The notes beneath the pieces were generated by a model that had not been told where the DNA came from, did no database searches, and saw nothing but the letters and a program-made list of their open reading frames with translations. From assembly GCA_002269645.1 (NCBI GenBank), contig NIVC01002810.1:1-44076 (forward strand): 44,076 nucleotides of DNA. Reading direction: 5' to 3'. Source of the stretch: Macrostomum lignano (taxonomy: Eukaryota). Every line of letters starts with the position of its first letter. Within the stretch, counting starts at the first letter, position 1. A program made the position numbers and the translations under genes. Shown here one piece after another: positions 11,994 through 22,334 of this stretch.

Positions 11994-12912
11994 GAAAATT
12001 TCGAATATTTCGAAATCAAATTTCTTCGTCAGGGCTGCAAGCGAGTGAAGTTTATTTGGCGCGAATTGCCGTCAATATATAAAGGCGATATCGCCAGGGA
12101 GAGACGATCGATAAATTGATGTGCTCAAGCACTTAAAACAGTACGCATGGTCAGTACATTAAAACGAGTCCGAGACTATGAGAAAAGCGGGGGGTGGCTA
12201 AAACTGTACAATTGGGCCTAGACGACCTTTAAGTGTAGAATAAAAATTGCAAAAATAAATGGCGAAATAAATAGGTAAGGTAAATAAAAATAATTATTAA
12301 ATGCTCAGAGCAAAAATGCAGGTGCACCGTACACAGTGTCAGAAAAATGAATAAAAAGCAGAAAATAAATAATCTTAATAAATCGAAATAAAGTCAATGA
12401 AAAATCACAGAGGGGAAAATAGCAGTAAAGGAGCCTTTGTACAGCTGATCTCAATTGGCAGAAGCTGGTTCGAGCTGGCTGTGGCAGAGTAGATCCCGAA
12501 GGCTCCTCCCTTTAGTGAAGGCCGGCAGTACAGGGGCATCGCAGTGCTGTGCCACGCCGTCCCTCACCTTGGCAACCAGGGTGTCTGACCCAGCGCAGTG
12601 CGGCACAATCAGTGGGATCGCCGCATTGTGCAGCACCCCGGCCAGCTCGTTGGCGCCATGTGGGACCAGAGTTTTCAGGACCGCGATGAGTTTGGCCTCC
12701 TGGCGTTGACGTCGTTCATTGGCCTTGGGTCCAGAGCCGTCCCGCGTCCACATTCCGGTGAAGGCAAAGTCCTCGAGACTATGGCCATCGTTGCTGAAGT
12801 GGCGGGCCACCGGAGTGTCGCGTGCGTGCCTGATGTCGCCGACGTGCGCTAGCATGCGGGCCCGGATGCTGTTGACCGTCTCGCCGACGTAGACCGTGCA
12901 GCTGCAGCGATA
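11994..12912 (-). pseudogene. 5'-truncated Penelope-like element C (GIY-YIG endonuclease C-terminal part and 3' UTR)
   Basis: The minus strand reads YRCSCTVYVGETVNSIRARMLAHVGDIRHARDTPVARHFSNDGHS...EAKLIAVLKTLVPHGAN, open to the stop at 12451. Confidence 0.85.
12003..12035 (-). ncRNA. Minimal hammerhead ribozyme motif with canonical core
   Basis: Minus strand: gcc-CTGACGA-a-GAAAT-ttg-ATTTC-GAAA-tat-TC, at the 3' end of Penelope element C. Confidence 0.65.
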
Positions 12913-12988
12913 GGGAGAGAGAAGAGGAAATAGGAGAATGAAGAGGGGAGAGAGTAGAGAGGAGAAGAGAGATGGGAGAGGAGAGATA

Positions 12989-13029
<41 letters not shown>

Positions 13030-13817
13030 AGAGATAAAACAATAAAAGAGATGAAAGAAAAGAGAGAGAGGAAAGGGGAGAGAGGAGAGAGGAAAGAGTA
13101 GAGATGAGAGATGAGAGAGTAGAGGAGAGAGTTAAGAGATGAGAGAAAAGAATAGAGAGGAGAAGGAAGAGACGAGAGAAGAGGGGGAGAGAGGAGAGAG
13201 GAGAGGAGAGAGAAAACGAAAAAGTAGATAGGAGAAAGGAGAGGAGAGAGAAAAGAAGAGGGAAGAGATGAGATAAGAGATATCAAAGAGAAGAAAGATG
13301 AGGGAGGATACGAAAGAAGATGGGAGAGAGGAGAGAGGAGAGGAGAGAGAAAACGAAATAATAGAGAGGAGAGCAGAGAGAAAACGAAAAGTAGAAAGGA
13401 GAGAGGAGAGAGAAAAGAATAGGGAAGAGATGAGGGAAGATACGAGAGGAGAGAGGAGAGAAGAGAGAGGAGAGAGGAGAGACGAGGGACGGGAGAGAAG
13501 AAAGGAAAGAGACGATAGAAATTTTAAAGGATCCAAGGGACATAGGGAGAGTCAGGGAGAGGCCAGAGTTTGCCAATACATGTTTTAGAGTCAGACAGAC
13601 ATTGCCTGGCATTCTGCGGAGCACCCCAGCCAACAATATCAACGTTTGCCTCAAACCCTAATTTTATACGAATGTGCTCCATTTTATGTCTACCTCTATC
13701 CTACTAACTATTAACAAGTTTTTGTTTGTGTATGGCTTTAGATTTCAGAATACATTCAAAAGTAGTTCCGGGGATTGGAATTCCCCGGGTTCAAATTCCG
13801 CGGGTTTCAATAGCTTG

Positions 13818-16800
13818 TCTATACATATAAAAATCAAAACTCTGTCTGTCTGTCTGTCTGTGGACAAATTACTTCGCTATGGACTCCCAAACCGCTTAAC
13901 CAAATGACACCAAACTTTACACCCACCCTAAACTTACTACGGAGAATGTCTTAGGCTACCTTTAAATTTCCTAGACTCAAGTCTTCCTACCTAAAAGTAC
14001 AAAAAACTGCTCAAAATGCGCGATTTTTTCACTAAATCCTCCATAGCGCCGCTCCACTTTTACCAATCCTTTTCAAATTTGACACGAACAATGTTAAACT
14101 ATTTTGACACAATCGTGTAAAATTTCGAGTCCCAAAGTTAATCCTGAACAGCGCTGTGCACTTTTAAAGTTAGGCTGCTTTTTTTCAGCGAGACAGCCAC
14201 CCCAACCTCCGCCTGCCTGCCTCTCTTTCCCGATCTGGGCCCAGATGTGTAAAAGGGGTTTCAAAATTGACTAACTTTCGGCTGCCATAAGTTTGCTCCA
14301 CGTAAAGCGATTGACTTCAAATTTAACACAATTCTTCTTTGACTCATTCTCTGTCTAAATGTAAAGTCTCAACTCTGTATCTCAATCAGGACGGAAACTG
14401 TAAGCATGTGAAGTTTGTCTGCTTTTTCTGTATTTTGCGCCGCTAAATCACTCTCACTCTTCCCCACGCCCAGACGAAGGGTCAGGCGATAGGGCTCAAT
14501 GTACATAGCAAATGTACAGTGTTTTGGAATAACTTTTTAATAGCCTTCTCTGTACCCCCGCGAGTGGAGAGGCGTGGAGAGGAGAGAGTTTAGCCAGAGA
14601 TTCAAACTACTGTCCTCTGTATAGACAAGTCGCAGCAGTTTAACAAGGATGGCAAATCAAGGCGATGTGGGATGGTTTGTAAAAATAGCGAAAAATTAAT
14701 GAATAACTGATTACAATGCAATCCTATTATCCTACTAAATTAGTTACACCATGAAAATTTTAACATTAAGATTCGCATAAGGTACTTTAAAATTTAAATG
14801 GTCTCCTAAGAAATGCGTATTTCCTTGGTTGTTAGACTGCTGCAGACTGTGGTGGTGGAGCTGGAGAATGGAGATACAAAAATTCCTCTCAGGGCTGCTA
14901 ATTGGCCAGAAAGATGACGTGATTAAAGCATGAGAAATGATAACAACCATGATAGTACTATGAAGCAGGGATGTTTTGTTTTTAGAGGGAATGTCTGTTG
15001 TTGTTTTTTGAAGGCTTTAGTTCGCTGTCTATTTGTTATTTGTAAAGAACAAGGATTCTAACCAGATGTCCCCCATCGGGGGGCGAAGATTGCTAGTTTT
15101 TATCTCAAAGGCCAGATAAAGAATCCAGCTCAGGGCTGCGGGCCAGATGAGAGTGAAAAGGAAAAGGAATAGACTATTAGAGAGGGAGGAGGGGCGAGAG
15201 GGGGATAAGAGAAAAGATAGAAGATAACAGGAGAGACGAGGGGGTTGAAGAGAGAGCAGAGAATATGGGACGAAGAAGCGAGAGGAGGGGAGAGAGAAGG
15301 GAGAGGAAATAGTAGAGGTGAGAAGATGAAGAGAGAAGAGGGGAGAGATGAGACAGAGGATCAATCAGAGAGGAGAGTAGAGAAGAGTGAGAAGAGATGA
15401 GAGAACAGAGGTACCTTAAGGTAGATGAGAGAGGATCGAGAGGAGAGATTCGAAAGGATAGAGAAGAGAGGAGATAAGGGGGGGAGAGAGGGGAAGAGAG
15501 AGGAGTGAGAAGAGGAGATAAGAGATGAGTGAGAAGATGAGATAAGAGATAAGAGATAAGAGAGAGAGAGAGTTGAGAAAGAAGAGAGGAGAAAGGAGAG
15601 ATGATAGAGTAAAGGGAAGAGGAGGAGAGAGTGGAGATGACAGATGAAGGAAGAGAGGGCAGAGTGCAGAGAGACGAGAGAAGAGAATATAGAGGGGAGA
15701 GAGTATAGAAGAGGGAAGAGAAGAGAGGAGTAAGGAAAGAGATTAGTCAGAAGAGGGGAAAGAGAAGAGTACACAGTAGAGAGGAGAGTAGAGATGACAG
15801 AAGAGAGAGGGGAATGAGAGAGTGAAGATGAGGGTGAACAGACGATATAAGAGAGGAGAGAGGAGAGTGAGAGAGAAGAGAGAAGAAAAGAGAGGGAGAG
15901 AGTATAGAAGAGAGAAGTGAAGAGACGAGAAGAAAGAAGAAAAGATCGAGTCCTCCTGAGTCAAAAAAGGGGAAAGAGAGGAGTAAAAGGGGAGAGAGGT
16001 GAGAGAACATATGAGAGTAAAGATGAAATATGAGAGAGGGGAGATGAGAGATCAGAAACGAGAGTGAACAGACGAGAGATGGGAGAGTAGAGAAAAAAGG
16101 AGAACTATAAGAAATAAAAGATGAGAGGTAAGTGAGGAGAGAGGAGGGGAAGGGAGAGAATCGAGAGGACATGGGAAATTGGTGAAAAGGACGAGAGAGG
16201 AGAGGAAAGAGGGGAGAGATTAGAGAGAAGAGAGATAGGACAGGAGAGAGCAGAGAGAGATGAGATATAATGCATATGCATATGAGAGATAAGAGATGAG
16301 AGAGAGAGGGGGGAGAGGAGAGAGAGCAGAGAAATGAGAAAAGATAAGAGAGAGAAGATAAAAGAAGAGAAATGAGAGATAAGAGAGCAAAGACGAGAGA
16401 GGAGGTGAGGGAAGAGACGATAGAAGACATGAGAGGAGAGAGTTGAGAGAAGAGAGGAAAAAGGAGAGAGTAGAGATAAGGAAAGTGTTGAGAGAGGGTA
16501 GAGTAAGGAGTGAGAAGAGAGGTGAGGGAAGAGAGAGTAGAGAGCAGAGGGAAGAGAGAGTAGAGAGCAGAGAGAAATGAGAAGAGATAAAAAAGGAAAA
16601 AGGAGATATGAGAGACCAGAGAGAAGAGAGGAGAGGAGATAGAAAAGAATAGAAGGGAGAGGGAAGAGACGAGAGAGGAGAGAGGACAGAGGAGAGAAGA
16701 AAGAAAAGATAACAGGAGACAGAGAGAGAAGAGACGAGACAGAAGATAGGAAACAGAAAAGAAGATGGAAGGATGCAAAGGACATAGGGAGAGGCAGAGG

Positions 16801-17025
16801 TACAGGCCTGAGTTTACCTAACATTCTGCGCAGCACCCCAGCCAACAATATAAATGTTTGCCTCAAATCCTAATTTTACATGAATGTACAACATTTTATG
16901 TTTAACTCTATCCTAACTATTACCAAGTTTTATTTGAATTTGACCTCAGATTTTAGAATACATGCAAAAATAATTCCGGGGATTGGAATTCCCTGGGTTC
17001 AAAATCCGCGGGTTTCAACAGCTTG
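13818..17025 (+). mobile_element. Non-autonomous Helitron-like unit 2 (uninterrupted reference copy)
   Basis: Same 5' end (tctatacatataaaaatcaaaactctgtc) and 3' end (cgcgggtttcaacagcttg), directly abutting units 1 and 3. Contains a ~1.6-kb GA-rich tract. Confidence 0.8.
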
Positions 17026-17055
17026 TCTCTACATATAAAAATCAAAACTCTGTCT

Positions 17056-20000
17056 CAGCGCGCAGGAGCTGCGTGTAAGGGTTAAAAAAATCTAGTACAA
17101 AGCGACCTGCTTTATTGTGTTCACCATTACCTGGTAAGTATTTTTCTAGAGTTTTTAAAAAATCTGCCGATGTCAAGCTCCACAATCAGTAAATTATTTA
17201 ATTAGCATTAATTGCATGGCGAAAGGTCTAAACAAGTCATGATTTTTATCCAAGGACCATTGATTTTTTAAATTAAAGGCAAAATACACACCCATGAGTG
17301 CGTACCCCCAAGCCCCAAGGCACAGTGTACATGCATGACGAATAGCGAAAGCTGAGGCGCCGTACACCCCTAAGTGCGCATGATCAACCTCTATCAGTGT
17401 AGCGTCAGTTGCGTCACCGAAAAAATGGAGTGCATTTAGCGTCACTCTCAGACAGGCAGATTTTTTATTTTTGAGCTATATAAATGATTAATTTAGCATA
17501 AATCAGCTCATCTCAGCATTTAGGAATTGAAAAGCCTTGAACTGAACACCACCATGCCAAACTACTCAAAATCTCACGAAGAGAACCGGCTGAAGGTCTG
17601 CCTTGTGTGCTTTAAGCGCGGGTCAGGCATGCAGCGCATTGGCAAAGCAGCTCTACCTCGCATCCAGCGGTACTTTTATGCAAACTACGATTTGAAGAAC
17701 GAGTTTCTCCCAGCTGCTCTGTGTGCTCGATGCCAGGGTCTGCTGCTGGATATTGAACGGGGGAATCGAACTTCTGAAGCTCTTCCTGCCCCTTTTGATT
17801 TTTCAAAAGTCGTACCGACAAAGGAAACAAGGGGCCACCCGAAGTGCAGCTGCTGTCTCTGTGAGATTGCCAGAGAAAGTCCAATCGGCAAAGGACTCGG
17901 CACCTGGAAGCCGGAGCCGCATCGCCTTGGCAGACCGAAAACCGATTCGCCAAACAAGGAGGTGCCACCTGCTCGTCCCATCACCATCTGCCAGAGATGT
18001 CACTCCACCATTGGCAGGGGTCTTAGCCACACCTGTACGCAATCTCGCTGGCTAAATAGCATCTGCTCTGAGCTGTCACGTGATCCGCGTGGTTCAGAAA
18101 TTCATGCTAGTGACGTCCTCAAAGCCAAGTTAACAGACGCAGGTGGCGATTCGCCTATTCGGCTGGCAACTCGAGGCCGCTCAATCACGCTAAGCGTGTC
18201 CGCTCAGAGTAGCAGGTGCTCCGCGGGTGCATTTGGTGACATAGCAGTGCCGGCTAGTGAGATTGCCAGGATGCAGGATGCGATCGGTTTGAGTGGTCGG
18301 CAAACCAGACAGGCGGCCCAGTTCTTCCGTGAGTGGAAGGGTCGCAGTTCGATCGAGCCAAACCTCCTGCATCGCCTGGCAGAATTGAATAGCGAGTTGG
18401 ATCCATTTTATGCAACAGAGTCAGTCCAAGTCCGTTGCAGCACGGGCGAATTTGAAACGCGGACTGTTGTGTTCTGCTCCAACGTCTCTGGCTTGGTGGG
18501 CTACGTGCTGGCACGGCGGAGAATGGATCCTGATCCTGGCAGCTTCCTGCTTAAGATTGGTATTGATGGAGGACGCGGCTTTTTTAAAGTTTGCATGACA
18601 TTGGTCCGGTCCGGGGAGCAGTCATCTATTCTACTAGGCGGTGTCACCGAGGCCGGCAGCAGCCCTTTTGCCGAAGGTGGTGTAAAGAAGCTAATAATTA
18701 TCGCAGCAGTTGAAAAAGTACCGGAGTACTATGAGAACGTGCAAACTGTGCTCAATCTGCTGAACCTAGAAGACGTGTCTTTCTGCAGCTCCGTGGACAT
18801 GAAACTTGCAAATGTGCTTCTTGGACTGCAGAGCGCCAGCAGCGCCCATCCCTGCCCGTGGTGCGAGACGCCTCGAAAAGAGTTCGCCAATCCCCATCGC
18901 AGTGTCAGATTGCGGACTTTCGGCTCCCCAAGCTGCCAAGCTGCCCAGTATCAGCGCATCGAGGGGCAACGAAGCTCAAAGCCATCAGGAGAGCCATTCC
19001 ACAACTGCATCAGGCAACCACTGCTGAATTGGCCAGACAGTTCAAACACGCTAGAAGCCGTGCCACCCATGGAGCTCCACCTGCTGCTAGGCCTTGTCAA
19101 CAGGCTGTACGACGAGCTTGAGCAGCGCCTGACAGCATTGGGTCCCGACGGAGTCCGTGCTGCACAGTGGGCTGAGGCTCTTCACGTACGGCGCTCACCG
19201 TATCATGGCAGCCAGTTCAATGGCAATGAGTGCGACCGACTGCTTGGTGGAGTCGACAGCCTGCGCCAGATCCTCGCTGACCACGCTGCCTTCAGCGGAG
19301 TGCCTGTCGCCCATGCATTCAGCTGCCTGCGAGCTGTCCAGCAGAAGTGCTTCGGCCAACAACTGCTTGAAGGCTACGATACAGCAGTCAAAGAGTTCGA
19401 GGCGGCATACCACGCTCTGGCCATCAACATCACTCCGAAGGCCCATGCCCTCATTGACCACGTGCCGCAGTTTTTGGAAGCGATGGCAGTACAATCTGGG
19501 TGTCGCCGAGGCCTTGGGTTTTGGTCTGAGCAGGCAATGGAGTCGGCACATCGCGACTTCAGCGACATGTGGAGTCAACGGTTCAAGGTGGATGCAACTC
19601 ATCCGGAGTATGCTCGGCGTTTGCTCAGGTGCATCACGGTGTACAGCTCTCGGCATCTGTAAAATGGGCTACTGTGCTGTAAGCAGTTCTGTTGAAGGTG
19701 CAATAATATCCGAGTTACTTTAAAACCGATTGGTGCACCAGAATTCTTGTTTTGATAAATGGGGGACAAATTCAGGTTTTTTGTTTAATTTTTGGTGAGG
19801 TTACAGTTGGAGCTCTCTATTTTGAGGTCTGGTCATAGACAAATCAACCCCTGAAACTTCACAGCAAGGCTTCTCATGTCATGCAGTGTTTTAGACTCTC
19901 ATGGCACGAAATAGTCTATGGACATTCTGCCACAAATTTTCTCTCGGCTTTACTCCAACTGTGGCTACACCAAGAACTAAAATTATTTTCTACAATTTGA

Positions 20001-20423
20001 AAAGACATAAATTTGTCGCCTATCTGTATTTCTTACTGTTTTTTAGTTATACTTTTCTATTACTATGTATAACTTACTTTCTATTTATTTAACACTATAA
20101 ATTGTTTCCAATTCTAGGCTATGCACACGAATTTATACAATAAACTGTCACAAAAATTATATAATACACTATACATAACATGCATGTAATAGTGCAACGA
20201 CCCTAGCTTAAAATATCAATGGTCCTTGGATAAAAATCATGACTTGTTTAGACCTTTCGCCATGCAATTAATGCTAATTAAATAATTTACTGATTGTGGA
20301 GCTTGACATCGGCAGATTTTTTAAAAACTCAAGAAAAATACTTACCAGGTAATGGTGAACACAATAAAGCAGGTCGCTTTGTACTAGATTTTTTTAACCC
20401 TTACACGCAGCTCCTGCGCGCTG
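17056..20423 (+). mobile_element. Autonomous-looking Chapaev-type (RAG1-related) DNA transposon, ~3.37 kb
   Basis: 216-bp TIRs at 17056-17271 and 20208-20423 with only 2 mismatches seen. One intact transposase ORF. Interrupts the TGTC microsatellite of Helitron unit 3. Confidence 0.9.
17554..19662 (+). CDS. Chapaev/RAG1-like DDE transposase, 702 aa from the first ATG
   Basis: N-terminal H-x7-C-x2-C (HEENRLKVCLVC), LPAALCARC, HPKCSCCLC and CQRC-x8-HTC zinc motifs. Core motifs IGIDGG, SVDMKLANVLLGLQSASSAHPCPWCE, PPMELHLLLG, ITPKAHALIDHVPQF and WSEQAMESAH parallel the RAG1 core. No stops. Confidence 0.88.
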   Translation: MPNYSKSHEENRLKVCLVCFKRGSGMQRIGKAALPRIQRYFYANYDLKNEFLPAALCARCQGLLLDIERGNRTSEALPAPFDFSKVVPTKETRGHPKCSCCLCEIARESPIGKGLGTWKPEPHRLGRPKTDSPNKEVPPARPITICQRCHSTIGRGLSHTCTQSRWLNSICSELSRDPRGSEIHASDVLKAKLTDAGGDSPIRLATRGRSITLSVSAQSSRCSAGAFGDIAVPASEIARMQDAIGLSGRQTRQAAQFFREWKGRSSIEPNLLHRLAELNSELDPFYATESVQVRCSTGEFETRTVVFCSNVSGLVGYVLARRRMDPDPGSFLLKIGIDGGRGFFKVCMTLVRSGEQSSILLGGVTEAGSSPFAEGGVKKLIIIAAVEKVPEYYENVQTVLNLLNLEDVSFCSSVDMKLANVLLGLQSASSAHPCPWCETPRKEFANPHRSVRLRTFGSPSCQAAQYQRIEGQRSSKPSGEPFHNCIRQPLLNWPDSSNTLEAVPPMELHLLLGLVNRLYDELEQRLTALGPDGVRAAQWAEALHVRRSPYHGSQFNGNECDRLLGGVDSLRQILADHAAFSGVPVAHAFSCLRAVQQKCFGQQLLEGYDTAVKEFEAAYHALAINITPKAHALIDHVPQFLEAMAVQSGCRRGLGFWSEQAMESAHRDFSDMWSQRFKVDATHPEYARRLLRCITVYSSRHL

Positions 20424-21125
20424 TAGTCTGTGTGTCTGTCTGTCTGTGGACAATTTTGATCGCTATGGACTCCCAAACCACTCAACCAAATGACACCAAA
20501 TTTTACACCCACCCTAAAATTGCTACGGAGAATGTCTTGGGCTACTTTTAAATTTCCTAAATTTGAGTCTTCCCACCTAAAAGTGCCAAAAACTGCTCAA
20601 AATGCGAGATTTTTTTACTAAATCCTCCATAGCACCGCTCCACTTCTACCGATCCTCTTCAAATTTGACACAATCAATTTTCAACTATTTTGACACAATC
20701 GTGTAGAATTTCGAATCTGAAAGTTAATCCTGAACGGCGCTGTGCACTTTTAAAGTTTGGCTTTTTTTTCAGCGAGGCAGCCACCCCAACCTCCGCCTGC
20801 CTGCCTCTCTTTCCCGATCTGGGCAAATGGTGTGAATATGTTTTAAAATGCCTAACTTTCGGCTGCCATAGTTTTGCTCCACGTGAAGCGATTGACTTCA
20901 AATTTGACAAAATTCTTTATTGACTCATTCTCTGCCTACATGTAAAGTCTCAACTCTGTATCTCAATCAGGACAGAAACTGTAAGCATGTGAAGTTTGTC
21001 TGCTTTTTCTGTTGTTTGTGCCGCTCACTCACTCATTCCCCAGCCCAGACGAAGGGTCAGGCGATAGGGCTCAATGTACTTAGCGAATGTACAGTGTTTT
21101 GGAATAACTTTTTAATAGCCTTCTC

Positions 21126-22334
21126 GGGTCTATGAAATTTGCTTGCGAGAAGTTTGCTTGCCGAAGTTTGCTTGCGGGACTTTTGCTTGCGGAAATTTGC
21201 TTGCCGAAGTCTGCTTGCCGAATTTTGCTTGCGGAATTTTGCTTGCCGAAGTCTGCTTGCCGAACTTTGCTTGCGGAATTTTGCTTGCCGAAGTCTGCTT
21301 GCCGAACTTTGCTTGCGGAATTTTGCCTGCCGAAGTTTGCTTGCCGAGCTTTGCTTGCCGAACTTTGCTTGCCGAACTTTGCTTGCCGAATTTTGCTTGC
21401 AGGAAATTTGCTTGCTGCACATAAGCTTGCCGAAGTTTGCTTGCAGGAAATTTGCTTGCGAGGTTTGCCAGCCAAAGTTTTGCGGAACCTTAAAGAAACC
21501 TATTTTTGAGCTCTTGTATTTCTAATTTTCATTTTCTAAGATTCGTGGAAGTCGCCTATAATAGTGTTATAATTTTGTATGAGGATATGGCGGATTATTA
21601 ACTACATTTTATATACTGTACAAAAATATTATTAGTATATGCATTATTATACATTAACATCACTGCAATTATCATACCTGCTCAATCGTGCTGAAATCAG
21701 GAACTACAAAGATTTATACTGTTACCGATCCCTATCTTCTACCTATACTAAATCTCTAAGCAATCTATATACTACATTCTTAGAATGAAACTCTATAAGC
21801 CTAGTTTGAAAACTTAGTGTCAAGTCAGTTTACGTCGACCCTGATAAGAATCCACTTGCAAAGCATCTGTAGTAAGTAATAATTGACTGACCAACTTTAC
21901 AAGCAATCAAAACAAGCAAGCAAACAAGAAAATAATTCTGCAAGTTAAAACCTTGCGATTGTGTGATTGCAATTTTCTAGAAAGCAGACATCAAAATTTC
22001 GCAAGCAAAGTTCGGCAAGCAAAATTCCTGCAAGCAAAGTTCGGCAAGCAAACTTCGGCAGGCAAAGTTCCTGCAAGCAAATTTCCTGCAAGCAAAGTTC
22101 GGTAAGCAAAGTTCGGCAAGCAAAGTTCGGCAAGCAAAGTTCGGCAGGCAAAATTCCGCAAGCAAAGTTCGGCAAGCAAACTTCGACAAGCAAAGTTCGG
22201 CAAGCAAAGTTCGGCAAGCAAAGTTCGGCAAGCAAAATTCCGCAAGCAAAGCTCGGCAAGCAAAGTTCGGCAAGCAAAATTCCTGCAAGCAAAGTTCGGC
22301 AAGCAAACTTCCCGCAAGCAAACGTCGTACTCCC
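21126..22334. mobile_element. Mutator-like foldback non-autonomous element, 1209 bp
   Basis: 9-bp TSD agccttctc (21117-21125, 22335-22343). The empty site is visible in unit 2 at ~14530. Termini GGG...tttgcttgcg / cgcaagcaaa...CCC. The inverted arms are built of ~14-bp subunits (gccgaagtttgctt). Confidence 0.8.

Larger units (their letters stand above)
11258..13817 (+). mobile_element. Non-autonomous Helitron-like unit 1 (middle replaced by a Penelope fragment)
   Basis: Starts A|TCTCTACATATAAAAATCAAAACTCTGTCTGTC. Ends with hairpin ccgggga-ttggaat-tccccgg (13768-13788) and ...caatagCTTG. Confidence 0.8.

Noticed and set aside
17612-19723. Alternative-frame and antisense ORFs over the transposase
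   Set aside because: They are shadows of a GC-rich coding sequence. None resembles RAG2 or another known partner.
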